DNA of 64,000 bases from an uncultured bacterium (GCA_963706585.1 OY970169.1:503086-567085); one strand, 5' to 3'; positions 9,658 through 28,809 are shown, counted from the stretch's first letter. Translations and numbers: made by a program. The notes: generated by a model not told the origin, from the letters alone.

Positions 9658-9815
9658 ATGGCAAAAAATCGAGTAACAACTCATTTAGCATGTGAAGCAT
9701 GCAAAGAGCGTAATTATACGCAAGTTGTTGCTAAAAAGAGAACTATTGGTTCATTAAACTTAATAAGTTTTGTTCTCGTTGCCGCAAGCATAATGTGCAT
9801 AAAGAGACAAAGTAA
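9658..9815 (+). pseudogene. rpmG: Ribosomal protein L33 with an internal frameshift
   Basis: MAKNRVTTHLACEACKERNYTQVVAKKRT is in one frame. The conserved end LNKFCSRCRKHNVHKETK* is in another frame. Confidence 0.7.
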
Positions 9816-9824
9816 ATGTATTGA

Positions 9825-9900
9825 AGGCCAGTAGCTCTAACGGTAGAGCGGCAGACTCCAAATCTGCGGGTTGGGGGTTCGAATCCCTCCTGGCCTGCCA
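9825..9900 (+). tRNA. tRNA-Trp (CCA)
   Basis: 76-nt cloverleaf with anticodon loop cuCCAaa and a CCA end. Confidence 0.85.
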
Positions 9901-9933
9901 ATTAACGATAAAGGAAAAACATTGCAATACGCA

Positions 9934-10102
9934 ATGGAGTAATGAAGGCAAATTATGCAGTTTCTTAAAGAAGTAAAAATTGAGCTTAACGCGGGTTGAA
10001 TGGCCTAAAACTGATGAATTCATAGGTGCTACATTAGTAACACTTTTATTAGTTCTCTTTTTTACCATATATCTTGGTTTTGTTGATAGATGGTGCTATT
10101 AA
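9934..10102 (+). pseudogene. secE: Preprotein translocase SecE, frame-disrupted
   Basis: MQFLKEVKIELNAG then a stop. After a shift it continues EWPKTDEFIGATLVTLLLVLFFTIYLGFVD, which is the SecE TM helix. Confidence 0.6.
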
Positions 10103-10161
10103 ATGGGTTATTTACAACAATTTATAGCTATGTAACAAATCGGAACATGGACTCATAATAC

Positions 10162-10690
10162 ATGAAACGATGGTATGTTGTCCAGGTATATGCTGGATAT
10201 GAAGATATTGTAAAAACTGATTTAGAAAAGCGTATTGAAGAACAAAATCTTGCAAGAAAATTTTGGCGAAATTCTTATTCCTTCAGCCAAGATGAAGCAG
10301 TTTTTTGATACTGATGATGCTATAAAAGATCAGCAGCTTTTTCCTGGCTATATGCTTATTGAAATGGAAGCGATACCTCCGAAGCAATTCGATTAGTTGC
10401 AAGCACGCCTCGTATATCACGGTTTTTAGGTGGTAAAGAGCCAGTCGCCTCTTTCACAAAAAGAGATTGATCGTATTCTTGCTCAAATGAGAGGTGAAGT
10501 TGTTGTTTCAGCTGAAAAGCATGAATTTGAAGTTGGTAAAGAAGTTGAAATTAAAGAAGGTCCATTTGCTGGATTTATTGGCATTATTGATACAGTATAG
10601 ATGAAGAAAATGAAAAACTTACGGTTATGGTAAGTATTTTCGGAAGAATGACACCGGTAGAATTAGGTTTTGATCAAATCAAACGATTAA
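10162..10690 (+). pseudogene. nusG: Transcription antiterminator NusG, frame-disrupted
   Basis: MKRWYVVQVYAGYEDIVKTDLEKRI...(NFGEILIPSA)... is split over at least three frames by premature stops. KOW-like segments (EVGKEVEIKEGPFAGFIGII) are recognisable. Confidence 0.65.
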
Positions 10691-10710
10691 CATTGAGGTA
10701 GGATTAATCT

Positions 10711-11136
10711 ATGGCAAAAGAAGTAAAAGCGAAAATTCGCTTACAAATACCGGGAGGCGCAGCAACGCCGGCACCACCAGTTGGTGCTGCTTTAGGTCAA
10801 CAAGGGGTAAATATTATGGATTTTTGTAAGCAGTTTAATGCAAAAACTGCAGATAGAAAAGGCCAAACTGTTCCTGTGATTATCACAGTATATACGGACA
10901 AAACATTTGATTTTGTCATTAAAACACCGCCCACTACCGAATTAATTAAAAAAAAGATAAACCTTGCAAAAGGTTCATCTAAGCCTAAGTAATGAAAAAG
11001 TAGGACAATTTCAATGAAAGATATTGAAGAAATAGCAAAAATAAAAATGCCTGATCTTAAATGCGCTTGACTCTTGAGCAAGCAAAAAAAATTATTGCTG
11101 GTTCTGCTAGAAGTATGGGCGTTGAAGTAGTTGATT
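10711..11136 (+). pseudogene. rplK: Ribosomal protein L11, frameshifted after about 93 aa
   Basis: [44 protein letters not shown] is canonical L11. The remainder is out of frame. Confidence 0.65.
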
Positions 11137-11166
11137 GAGTACGAAGGGCATATGTGTATGACAAAT

Positions 11167-11861
11167 CATGGTAAAAAATATCGAACAAGCGCAAGAAAAA
11201 GTTGTACCTAAAGGCAAAGTATTTTCTTTTCATGATGGAGCTTAAAAAAGTTAAAGAACTTGCCTATGCTAAGTTTGATGAATCGGTTGATGTACATGTT
11301 AATGTTGGTATCGATCCATCAAAGGGTGACCAAGTAGTTCGTGGTTCGGTTATATTACCTCATGGTATAGGCAAAGCAAGTTAAAATTGCTGTCTTTGCA
11401 AAAGGTGATTATGCTGAGCAAGCTCGAAAAGCTGGAGCTGATTATGTTGGTGCTGAAGATCTTATTGAAAAAATCGAAGGCGGTTGGCTGGATTTTAACT
11501 ATGCTGTTGCAACTCCAGATCTTATGGGCATGGTTGGTAAAGTTGCAAAAATATTAGGGCCTCGCGGCTTGGTTCCTAATAAGAAAACGGGAACAGTGAC
11601 ATTTGATGTAGCAGCAGTTGTTGCTGATCTTAAAAAGGGTCGACTTGTTTTTTAAAAATGATAAAAATGGCATTGTTCATTTTTCATTTGGTAGAGTTTC
11701 TTTTGATGCTGAAAAAATTAGTCAGAAAATTTGAATGCTTTTGTCCAAGCATTAGCAGGCATCTAAACCTCCTTCATCAAAAGGCAAGTTTATTAGAAAA
11801 GATAACGATTTCTTCAACTATGGGAGTTGGTATTCAGGTTAACCCAGATGAGCTCTCATAA
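11167..11861 (+). pseudogene. rplA: Ribosomal protein L1, multiply frameshifted
   Basis: Conserved L1 segments ([31 protein letters not shown]; [15 protein letters not shown]; ISSTMGVGIQV) lie in three different frames. Confidence 0.65.
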
Positions 11862-11878
11862 TTATTAAGAGGTATCCT

Positions 11879-12398
11879 ATGAATCGTCAAGAAAAACAAC
11901 ACGTAATTGAGTCGATTAAAAGTGATTTTGAAAGAATGCTGCATCCTTTCTTGTTGGAGTACAAGGCATGACTGTTGCCGAAGTGCAAAAGTTGCGCAAG
12001 AACCTATTGCATAAAGGAGGGCAACTTAAAGTTGCAAAGAATACGCTTTTAAAAAGAGCGACTCATGATATGGCTGGATTATCAGAATTAGCACCCTATT
12101 TTAAGGACAATAGCAATTGTTTTTGCGGAGGACCAAAGCAACGGATATTGCAAAGCTTATTGCCCAAACTGCAAAAGAGAATGAGCAGCTAAAAATTATT
12201 GTTGGTGCTCTTAGATAAGAAAGTTATTAGCAAAGCTCAAGTTGAATCATTGGCTTCACTTCCTTCAAAAGAAGTGCTCTTGCTCAACTGTGTGGCACCT
12301 TAAAGGCTCCAATTGCAAGCTTGGCAAGCGTGTTAAATCAGTTTATTACAAGACTTGTATGGGTTCTTAAAAAAGTCGAAGAAAAGAAACAAGCGTAA
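11879..12398 (+). pseudogene. rplJ: Ribosomal protein L10, frame-disrupted
   Basis: N-terminus MNRQEKQHVIESIKSDFE hits a stop. The ORF 11968-12192 carries the L10 core (MTVAEVQKLRKNLL..GGQLKVAKNTLLKRA). Confidence 0.6.
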
Positions 12399-12436
12399 GA
12401 AATAATTAGATTACCATTTAAGGTATGGAGAATGCC

Positions 12437-12819
12437 ATGGCATCAAATGCAGAAAATTAATTAACCAAATTAGTAAAATGACCGTTTTTGAACTTGCTGA
12501 GCTTGTTAAAGCACTCGAAGAAAAATTTGGTGTTTCGGCAGCTATGCCAACAGCATGCTGCGCCAGCAGCCGCTGCTCCTGAAGCTGGTGCTAAGAAGAA
12601 GAAGAAAAGTCCGAATATAAAGTTGAACTTGATCGAAGGTGGTCCTGACAAAATCAAGACTATCAAAGCCCTTCGGCAAGTTACTACCCTTGGACTTACC
12701 GAAGCTAAAAATGCAGTAGAAGAAACTCCAACGGTTATAGCAGAAGCTGCATCAAAAGAGGATGCAAAAAAATGAAAGAAACTTTAGAAGCAGCTGGTGC
12801 AAAAGTTAAACTTTCATAA
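12437..12819 (+). pseudogene. rplL: Ribosomal protein L7/L12, frame-disrupted
   Basis: [34 protein letters not shown] hits a stop. The Ala-rich hinge and C-terminal domain (IKALRQVTTLGLTEAKNAVEE...) lie in other frames. Confidence 0.65.
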
Positions 12820-12854
12820 TAGTGCTGCCCTATAAGTTGTTGACTCATACTACA

Positions 12855-12895
12855 CCAACCCTTGGTGCAAACCTCGGGTTGGGGGTTTACTTATT
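12855..12895 (+). terminator. rplL-rpoB intergenic attenuator-type hairpin
   Basis: ccaacccttggtgcaaacctcgggttggggg followed by a T-rich tract. This is the conserved position of the L7/L12-beta attenuator. Confidence 0.5.
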
Positions 12896-12946
12896 AATAA
12901 CTGTAAATAACTATTTAATAATCCCTCTGGTACAAGGAGCAGCTTA

Positions 12947-21352
<8,406 letters not shown>

Positions 21353-21406
21353 GAAAAAATATCTTAGAAGCATGAAAAGCAAAGAACAAGTATAAATAGT
21401 ATATTA

Positions 21407-21481
21407 AGGCGCGTAGCTCAGTGGTAGAGCATTGCTTTGACGTAGCAAGGGTCAGCGGTTCAATTCCGCTCGCGCCTACCA
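21407..21481 (+). tRNA. tRNA-Val (GAC)
   Basis: 75-nt cloverleaf with acceptor stem aggcgcg/cgcgcct, anticodon loop ttGACgt, a TPsiC arm (agcggttcaattccgct) and a CCA end. Confidence 0.75.
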
Positions 21482-21520
21482 AAAAATACTAGAGGAGTTT
21501 TACATGGCATATTAACAAAA

Positions 21521-21769
21521 GTGGAAGTTATAAAAGAAGTACAACTAAATGAGTATGATACAGGCTCTATCGAAGTTCAAGTGGCTTTGCTAACGGAGCG
21601 AATTAACAAACTTAAAGAACATTTTAAGGTACATGCTAAGGATTTTGGTTCTAAACGAGGTTTACAGCTTTTAGTTGGTCAGCGTCGTCGTTTTCTAGAT
21701 TATATTAACGAACACGATGAAGAAAAATATAAAAAGTTAATTGAGCACCTGGGCTACGTAAATAGCTAA
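21521..21769 (+). CDS. rpsO: Ribosomal protein S15; the conserved N-terminus appears cut off by a 2-bp indel at 21504-21520
   Basis: 82-aa ORF with DTGSIEVQVALLTERINKL...RRGLQLLVGQRRRFLDYI. Upstream, atggcatattaa reads MAY*. Removing 'ta' gives MALTKVEVIKEV, the expected S15 start. Confidence 0.7.
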   Translation: MEVIKEVQLNEYDTGSIEVQVALLTERINKLKEHFKVHAKDFGSKRGLQLLVGQRRRFLDYINEHDEEKYKKLIEHLGYVNS

Positions 21770-21818
21770 CAGAGGTGATTGGCATTATTCTGAGCAAATA
21801 CTATATAGGTCAATATAC

Positions 21819-23901
21819 ATGGAAAAAAAATTTTACTTACCCGAATTTAATTATGAAGTAGTGACGGGTAAATATGCCGAACAAGCAGATGGTGCTATTT
21901 GGTTGCAACAAGGAGGAACTGTTGTTCTATCAACAGCCGTTTCTGCTCCTTCTAAAGAGTTTCCTGGGTTTTTACCATTAACCGTCGATTATCGCGAGCA
22001 TTTTGCTGCTGCTGGAAAAATTCCCGGTGGTTATTATAAGCGAGAAGGCAAATTTAGTGATAAAGAAGTATTACATGAGCGTCTTATTGATCGCGCAATA
22101 CGCCCGTTATTTCCTTCAAATTATTTTGATCAGCTCCAAATATTAGCAACGGTTTATTCAGTTGATAAAGACCATATACCGCAAATGCTGGCTTTGATTG
22201 CAACTCATTAGCCCTTACTATTTCAAAAATACCATTTTTAGGTCCTGTTGGTGCTGTAGAAGTTGGTCGAATTGATGGCAAATGGGTGTTCAATCCTACA
22301 TATATCAAGACAGCTTACTTAGTGATGTAAAAATAACCGTTGCCGGTACCCATGAAGGCATTTGCATGGTAGAAGGGATGACACAGGAAATTTCTGAAGA
22401 AGAATTTAGTTGATGCACTCTTTCAAGCCCATGAAACCATTAAAGAAACAAGTTGCTTGGCAAAAAGAGATTCAGCAAGAAATTGGTCAACCTAAAGAAG
22501 AAATCGTTGATCCGTTTGATTGGGCTCTTTGGAATAATAACGCAGAAAATTTTTTAACCGATGAAGCTGTGGCTCCTTTATACACGAGCGATAAAGCCGA
22601 ACGTAGCAAAGGCATGTCTACGTTAAAAGACAATTTTTTTAAAAAATATGAAAAAGAAGCTGAAGAAGCCACCATCTCACGCACATTCTTAACCTACGTA
22701 TTTGACGAAGTACTCGAAAGTGCTCACCGAACACGCCTTTGCTGTTGGTAAGCGCGTAGATCAACGTAGTTTTGATACTATTCGAAAGATTTCGACAGAA
22801 GTTGGTCTTTTGCCATTCAATCATGGTTCGGCCCTTTTCAATCGAGGAGAAACACAAGCATTAGTCAGTGTAACCCTTGGTGGTGGTCAAGATGAGCAGC
22901 GCATTGAAGATATAATGGCTGACAGCTCTGAGAGTGCATTTATGCTCCACTATAATTTCCTACCATTTTCTGTCGGTGAAGTGCGAGCAATGCGTGGTCC
23001 GGGTCGACGTGAAATTGGTCATGGCTATTTAGCTGCCTCATCTGTCAAACCAATGTTGCCCTCAAGCGAATATTTCCCTTATACCATTCGTATTGTTGCC
23101 GACATGTTGGGATCTGATGGTTCAACTTCGATGGCTACCGTTTGTGGCTCGACCATGGCTCTCATGAATGCTGGTGTGCCGATTAAAAAGATGGTCAGCG
23201 GTATTGCTATGGGGCTTCTAGGAAGTGCTGATGGGCGCTTTCAGGTGCTCAGTGATATTGCTGGTATTGAAGATGCTTTTGGTCTTATGGACTTTAAGGT
23301 AGCCGGCACCGATGATGGTATTACTGCTATTCAAATGGATATTAAGTATAAAGATGGCTTGCCAAGAGAAATATTTGTAAAATCACTTGCTCAAGCACGT
23401 ACAGGAAGGCTCCATATTTTAGCGGAAATGCGCAAAGTAATGACTGCGCCAAATCCAAAGCTTTCTGAACTTGTTCCTCAAATTGTGAGCTTTAAAGTAC
23501 CAACCGATAAAATTGGTGCTATTATTGGCACAGGTGGTAAAGTTATTCGAGATATAATTGAAAAAACGGGAACTACCATTGATATTGAAGATGATGGTAC
23601 CGTAAAAATTTTCGGTCATCCAGGTCCAAAACTAGATCAAGCAGTTCTTTGGGTTAAGATGCTTGGTGGTTTAATTGAACGAGGCATAGTTATCGAAGGG
23701 CGTATTAGAAAAATAGCTGATTTTGGTATCTTCGTTGAAGTTGCCCCTGGCCTCGATGGGCTTGTACATATTTCTAACATGCCGCGTCACCGACAAACAG
23801 ACTTTATGAAAACCATGAAAGTTGATGAGGTTGTGACCGTTGAAATAGTTGATTATGAAGAATCTACAGGACGAATTCGTTTAAAGTTGATTGAGAAATA
23901 A
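21819..23901 (+). pseudogene. pnp: Polynucleotide phosphorylase, N-terminal half fragmented and C-terminal 399 aa intact
   Basis: 21819-22211 is the PNPase N-terminus (FAAAGKIPGGYYKREG). 22702-23901 carries RNase-PH domain 2 plus KH (GKVIRDIIEKTGTTIDIEDDGTV) and S1 (GRIRKIADFGIFVEV). At least two frame breaks lie between them. Confidence 0.75.
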
Positions 23902-24697
23902 CATGGCTAATGACATTAAAAGAGCTGGGTCTAGAAAAAATGATCAATTGCGTGATTTGCGCGTAACATATGACATATTTAGTTATGCTGCTGGTTCTAC
24001 CCTCTTTGAAATAGGAAATACTAAAGTGTTAACTGCTGTTACCCTACAGCAAGGAGTTCCTCATTTCTTACGTGGAAAAAAGACCGGGTGGCTCACCGCT
24101 GAATATTCTCTACTGCCAGCTTCAACACCCATAAGAACCGTGCGTGAAGTTACTGCCAATAAGCGCAGCGGTCGTACTATAGAAATTTCACGACTTATTG
24201 GCCGCGCTTTGCGGTCAGTCGTTGCTTTAGATAAGCTCGGTGAAAATACTATTTTTATTGATTGCGATATCTTGCAAGCAGATGGCGGCACTCGTACTTC
24301 GTGCATAACCGGCGCTTATTTAGCCCTGAAAGCCGCTATGGTGACCTGGATTGAAAAAGGTATTATAAGCAGCTCATGTCTCACTGATGAACTTGCTGCC
24401 ATTTCCGTTGGTGTAACTCAAGATAGCGCACTCTTAGACTTAGACTTTATTGAAGACAGCGCCATCGAAGCAGATTTTAATTTCGTATTAACCCGCTCAG
24501 GTTCGATCGTCGAAATTCAAGGATCTGCTGAGAAATACCCGCTTTCCTGGCAACAATACGAAACTATGCGCTTGCTTGCTATCAAAGGCGTACAAGAACT
24601 TTTTACCTTCTTCGATGAGAATCAATATACTCTTTTAAAGATGGAATATATGCAACCGTTTTCCCTTGCTTCACGGTTTGCGCAATTTCTAGATTAA
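23891..24697 (+). CDS. rph: Ribonuclease PH
   Basis: RNase PH fold motifs: TRSGSIVEIQGSAEKYP and CDILQADGGTRTSCITGAYLAL. Confidence 0.7.
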   Translation: MRNNMANDIKRAGSRKNDQLRDLRVTYDIFSYAAGSTLFEIGNTKVLTAVTLQQGVPHFLRGKKTGWLTAEYSLLPASTPIRTVREVTANKRSGRTIEISRLIGRALRSVVALDKLGENTIFIDCDILQADGGTRTSCITGAYLALKAAMVTWIEKGIISSSCLTDELAAISVGVTQDSALLDLDFIEDSAIEADFNFVLTRSGSIVEIQGSAEKYPLSWQQYETMRLLAIKGVQELFTFFDENQYTLLKMEYMQPFSLASRFAQFLD

Positions 24698-24712
24698 TGC
24701 ATACTAAGAAGT

Positions 24713-25678
24713 ATGGATTTTATTACGTTTTTGCGCGAATTTGGCGCTAATACACATTTTTTACTACACTATTCTTCTATGTGCTTTCGAGCCGATCGTT
24801 ATTCGGCTCTCTTCTTTTCTTATGTTTTTGAGTATGCAAAGCGCAAGCAATTGCTTAAGTGCTTCCTCGATACTGAGCGAGTAAGTGCACAAGAAGCCAA
24901 GATTACACTGGAGACCCTATTTTTAGGCCAGAAGGTATGGTATTGGCTTAACGATATAACCTCACTTGATGCCCAAGCCAAAAGCTCCTGGATCACCTAC
25001 CTAGCCTCCTACACCGGGCCTCATACACTCAGCTTTTTTTTAAGTTCGCAAACCACCCTACCTGCCCACCCCAGTCTACTCATTATCGACGTACCCAGCA
25101 CTATCACCGCCTCCGTATTTCAAGAAATGCTCAGTCTCTTTTATGCAGACTTTGGCCAAGAAATTTCCTTCATACGCAAGCTCTTTGCCGACCAAGAGCG
25201 CATCCCCCTAGACAGAGCCTTTTTGCTCATGCATTATCACTGCTGCTTGGGCAAAAAGAATGAGCAATTTTTTGATCAATGGCTACGCAAGCTCATTGTT
25301 GCTGACAAATCATTTTTTACCCTTAGCCAATACCTCTTTGCCCAACAACCACGCGCCTTTTACCCCTACTGGGCAGCTTGCAGCTCTGACTATCCTCCCG
25401 AATATTGGATCACTTTTTGGTCCGAACAAGTTTGGCAAGCCACTCTCTTCCTACAAAAAGCTCAAGTCTTTGGCATCGCCGAAGCTAAAAAAGCCACCAA
25501 CCGCTTACCATTTACCTACATGAACAAAGACTGGCAGCTCTATAGTTATCCCTTTCTTGCTCAAGCTCACGCTTCCCTTTATGAGCTTGACTACAACCTC
25601 AAAAATGGCATCAGCTCATACGGCCTCGAGCTTTGGTATCATAAGTTCTTCTTAAAGAAATTTGCTGAGATTGCTTAG
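24713..25678 (+). CDS. Hypothetical protein, 321 aa
   Basis: Long ORF with good coding periodicity. No family recognised. Confidence 0.4.
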   Translation: MDFITFLREFGANTHFLLHYSSMCFRADRYSALFFSYVFEYAKRKQLLKCFLDTERVSAQEAKITLETLFLGQKVWYWLNDITSLDAQAKSSWITYLASYTGPHTLSFFLSSQTTLPAHPSLLIIDVPSTITASVFQEMLSLFYADFGQEISFIRKLFADQERIPLDRAFLLMHYHCCLGKKNEQFFDQWLRKLIVADKSFFTLSQYLFAQQPRAFYPYWAACSSDYPPEYWITFWSEQVWQATLFLQKAQVFGIAEAKKATNRLPFTYMNKDWQLYSYPFLAQAHASLYELDYNLKNGISSYGLELWYHKFFLKKFAEIA

Positions 25679-25726
25679 ATATCCGCTGGAGTACATGGTA
25701 AAAAGTAAGAGCTAAGAAAAATAACT

Positions 25727-25750
25727 AAAAGGGGCGCGCCCCTTTTAAAT
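25727..25750. terminator. Bidirectional rho-independent terminator
   Basis: GC-rich perfect hairpin aaaaggggcgcgccccttttaaa between convergent genes. Confidence 0.7.
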
Positions 25751-25862
25751 CCCCACTCATTAACAATTTTTTGTTCGATTCTTTATCTAGTTGTCAGCAA
25801 CAGCAAACAAGCTGACGCTTGCTTGCTATTTCAATACAAAATCCCCCTTGGGGCTTTTGTAT

Positions 25863-26885
25863 TTAGTCTACTGCACCGTGTTTACGAAGAAGCCTTATGA
25901 TATTTTCCAATGCTTGTTTAGCTGCTGTATCACCTATTCTGTCAGCATAATTGTATTTTCGAAGAGCTTCAGAGAGACATGTATCCCCAGTATCATCTCT
26001 TGCATTAACGTCAGCATCAGCTTCGATTAAACGTGCGACTATTTCCTCGTGGCCGTCTCGAGAAGCTATCATTAAAGGGGTGGTCCCATTAATATTCTGG
26101 GCGTGAACATAAGCTCCAAAGGTAAGTAATAGGTCTGCTACCGTATAAGCTCCTTTATATGCAGCCGCATGTAGGGGGGTTCTACCGGAATGAATAGCGG
26201 CATTAACATCCGCATTCATTTCGAGCAAAACCTTAGCTAACTCATAAAATCCAATTTTGGCTGCACAGAGTAATGGAGTTTCACCCCGGAAATCAGTTGA
26301 ATTAACATTGTCACCATGCTCAATCAACAAGCGGGCTATAGCAGGTATATTTTCAGCGGTTGCTGTTTGACTGAAATTTGTTATTCGTAGTAAAGGTTTG
26401 TATTCACTATTGATGCCAGGATCAGCCTTATAACTAAGCAGAAGCTTAACCATAGCTAAATTACCATGTTTAACAGCAATATGTAATGCAGAAGTTTTAA
26501 CAGACAGCTTATTAACGTTGACGCCACCATCAAGCAGAGCCTTTACTATCTTTTCATTATCATGCTCAACAGCATCGAAAAATTCTGCATAGGCGCTATC
26601 TGGATATAAACTTACAAATCTTCTGGCTGCTTCTTTGATCAAGACAGGAATCATAGCAACACTGGTAAAAGTGCTATCAACCAGAGCTAAATTGGCAATT
26701 TTGTTAAAGATCTCCTTCATGCTTGTAGCTTCTGGTATAAAGGAAAAGATATGCGCTCGTAGTTCTATGGGTAAATGGCTAAAAGGAGAATATTCAGTTG
26801 ACGTTGGGTCAGATAGTTGCTCCATGGAATTGGTAATTGCTGATAGTAAGCTGCTTAATAAGATGATGCCTATGATTTTTTTCAT
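25863..26885 (-). CDS. Secreted F-box-like protein with multiple ankyrin repeats
   Basis: Signal peptide MKKIIGIILLSSLLSA, LPIELRAHIFSFIPE, and at least 5 ANK repeats (TALHIAVKHGNLAMVKLLL; GETPLLCAAKIG; GRTPLHAAAYKG; GTTPLMIASRDGHEEIV). Confidence 0.8.
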   Translation of the reverse strand: MKKIIGIILLSSLLSAITNSMEQLSDPTSTEYSPFSHLPIELRAHIFSFIPEATSMKEIFNKIANLALVDSTFTSVAMIPVLIKEAARRFVSLYPDSAYAEFFDAVEHDNEKIVKALLDGGVNVNKLSVKTSALHIAVKHGNLAMVKLLLSYKADPGINSEYKPLLRITNFSQTATAENIPAIARLLIEHGDNVNSTDFRGETPLLCAAKIGFYELAKVLLEMNADVNAAIHSGRTPLHAAAYKGAYTVADLLLTFGAYVHAQNINGTTPLMIASRDGHEEIVARLIEADADVNARDDTGDTCLSEALRKYNYADRIGDTAAKQALENIIRLLRKHGAVD

Positions 26886-26905
26886 TGTTTGATCTCGAGG
26901 TAAAA

Positions 26906-27097
26906 TTAGTTTATTTTGGCATCTACAGCAAAATAGAGTACATGTTGTTTTAACTCATCGGGTAATTCTGCCCAATGAATGAATTGATTATTAGTTATAA
27001 TCAATTGCGTTTCTTCTTTTTGCCCGTATAGTTCATCGGGAAGCATAGAAGTAAGTGTGCTTGATGATATTACCATGAATAATAATTGGAATTTCAT
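26906..27097 (-). pseudogene. Truncated F-box-like gene remnant, 63 aa
   Basis: Signal-peptide-like N-terminus plus LPDELKQHVLYFAVD, then terminates. Confidence 0.4.
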
Positions 27098-27228
27098 GAA
27101 CTAATTCTTTCAATAGCTGTAAAAAGCGATTTGCTTTATTCTAATCAATTATTGGTTCTTATTTGTTAATAGCATTGTTACCTAGTTGAGTTGGAGGATA
27201 ACAGATTTGTATAAGTTAATGATCAGTA

Positions 27229-28809
27229 TTACAATGTCCACACGTGAATTTCTTTTGAATCATGAGAAATTATTTCATTAGAGATCTTTTGATCCCATGG
27301 GCGATTACGATCATTATCAAAAATGAGTAGATGAGCCTCATGAGGCTTACAGAGATCGATATATTTAGCTAATTGTTCGAGCCCTTGCCTTAGCGTATCT
27401 TCTCCTCGCTTAATCTTGAGCTCTAGAATATAGGTGTATTTTTTTTTCCATTCAATATATAAATCTACCCGTTTTGTGCCTATTGCATATTCTCTTCGTA
27501 TTGTGCCACCACCATTAATAACGCGCTGAAGGAAAGCCATAAGAAGAAGATGCGGAAAAGACTCTTTATAGACTGTCTTAGCGGTTTCAGCAGATGTATT
27601 ACTAATGAGTACATCTGCATTTTCTCTAAAAAATTGTGTAAAAGCTAAAAGAAGCATTTGCATGTTTAGCATGCCTGAATGATCTACGTACCAGGCAGCT
27701 TGATTGGGAATTAGTTCTTGCATGACATGTGTTAAAGCACGTGGAATAACTTGTTGATAGATAGGATTAGCTATTTCCCAGCTATTTTCTTTAATAAGTC
27801 CCAAATCACGTACATATTGAATATCATCTGGATTGAAGAAAAGTTGATCAGAGCCGCTGATAATAGCGTCAATAATGGTGCTTACACGAGGTTCGTAAAG
27901 TTTATCTATAAGAGCATTAATATGGGTATCCATTCGTAGGATGAGCTGATCTTTAGCTCGCTCGATAACCTCTTTTGTAATTGTTTCTTGTCGATTCAAG
28001 ATGTCTCTAAAGCAAGCTTGATAAGCAAGGGCATTAACTAACCACGGTTGCCCTTGGCTAAGCTCATAGGCGAGACATAGTGCACCTTCGGTAAAAGCCT
28101 GGCCTGTTTCTTGTGTATGTTGAAGATATAGTTCTGCGACTTGAGTCTGTGTGAAATCATTGAGTACTAAAGCATCAGCCACAATATTAAAGGGACTAAG
28201 CAAAACTCCTTTTTCTATTTCGTCAACTGATTGCAGTTTATAGTCTTGTAGGTTTCGCACTCCAATAAGGCATATTGACTGAGGAAACAGTTCGGGCCTT
28301 TTTGTGTATCCTGTCCGTAATTGCTTGAGAAGAGAAACAAGCGAATCTTCAACCAACCCGTCTATTTCATCAAAAAATAGCGCAAGCGGCTTTACATTAC
28401 TTTGCGCCCAAAGATGGAGAAATCGATAAAGAGCATTTTCAGAGACAGGTCTTTCTTTTAAAGCATCACGAAGATAGGTAAGTGCTTCATTTTGGTCACC
28501 TAATTGATCGGTAATTTCTGTTTCAAGTTGCGAGAGTAACCAATAGAGGGCTCGTTCTATGTCATTTTTCGCTGTATGAGCAGGTTCAGTAGTAAGGTAA
28601 AGAGCTATACAGGTGCTGCCTTTATTAACGTGCTTGACATATTCAAGAATTGCGGAAGTTTTCCCACTCTGCCGTGGTGCGTGGAGGATAAAATAATGCA
28701 TATCGTCGATTAAACTATCTAAATGCTTCCAGTTAAGCCGCTTAGGGATGAAGTAATGTAAGTTTGGCTTAATAGCACCAGCAATGCAAAATTTTTTCAT
28801 GCGCACCAA
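27229..28809 (-). CDS. Predicted AAA-ATPase with C-terminal PD-(D/E)XK nuclease-like domain
   Basis: Walker A APRQSGKTSAIL and Walker B ALFFDEIDGL. C-terminal KRVDLYIEWKKKYTYILELKIKRGE is typical of the AAA-ATPase_like/PDDEXK_9 architecture. Confidence 0.6.
   Translation of the reverse strand: MVRMKKFCIAGAIKPNLHYFIPKRLNWKHLDSLIDDMHYFILHAPRQSGKTSAILEYVKHVNKGSTCIALYLTTEPAHTAKNDIERALYWLLSQLETEITDQLGDQNEALTYLRDALKERPVSENALYRFLHLWAQSNVKPLALFFDEIDGLVEDSLVSLLKQLRTGYTKRPELFPQSICLIGVRNLQDYKLQSVDEIEKGVLLSPFNIVADALVLNDFTQTQVAELYLQHTQETGQAFTEGALCLAYELSQGQPWLVNALAYQACFRDILNRQETITKEVIERAKDQLILRMDTHINALIDKLYEPRVSTIIDAIISGSDQLFFNPDDIQYVRDLGLIKENSWEIANPIYQQVIPRALTHVMQELIPNQAAWYVDHSGMLNMQMLLLAFTQFFRENADVLISNTSAETAKTVYKESFPHLLLMAFLQRVINGGGTIRREYAIGTKRVDLYIEWKKKYTYILELKIKRGEDTLRQGLEQLAKYIDLCKPHEAHLLIFDNDRNRPWDQKISNEIISHDSKEIHVWTL

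Noticed and set aside
12457-12666. 69-aa ORF antisense to rplL
   Set aside because: It lies entirely within the rplL coding region on the opposite strand and is driven by the Ala-codon-rich sequence. It is a spurious antisense ORF.
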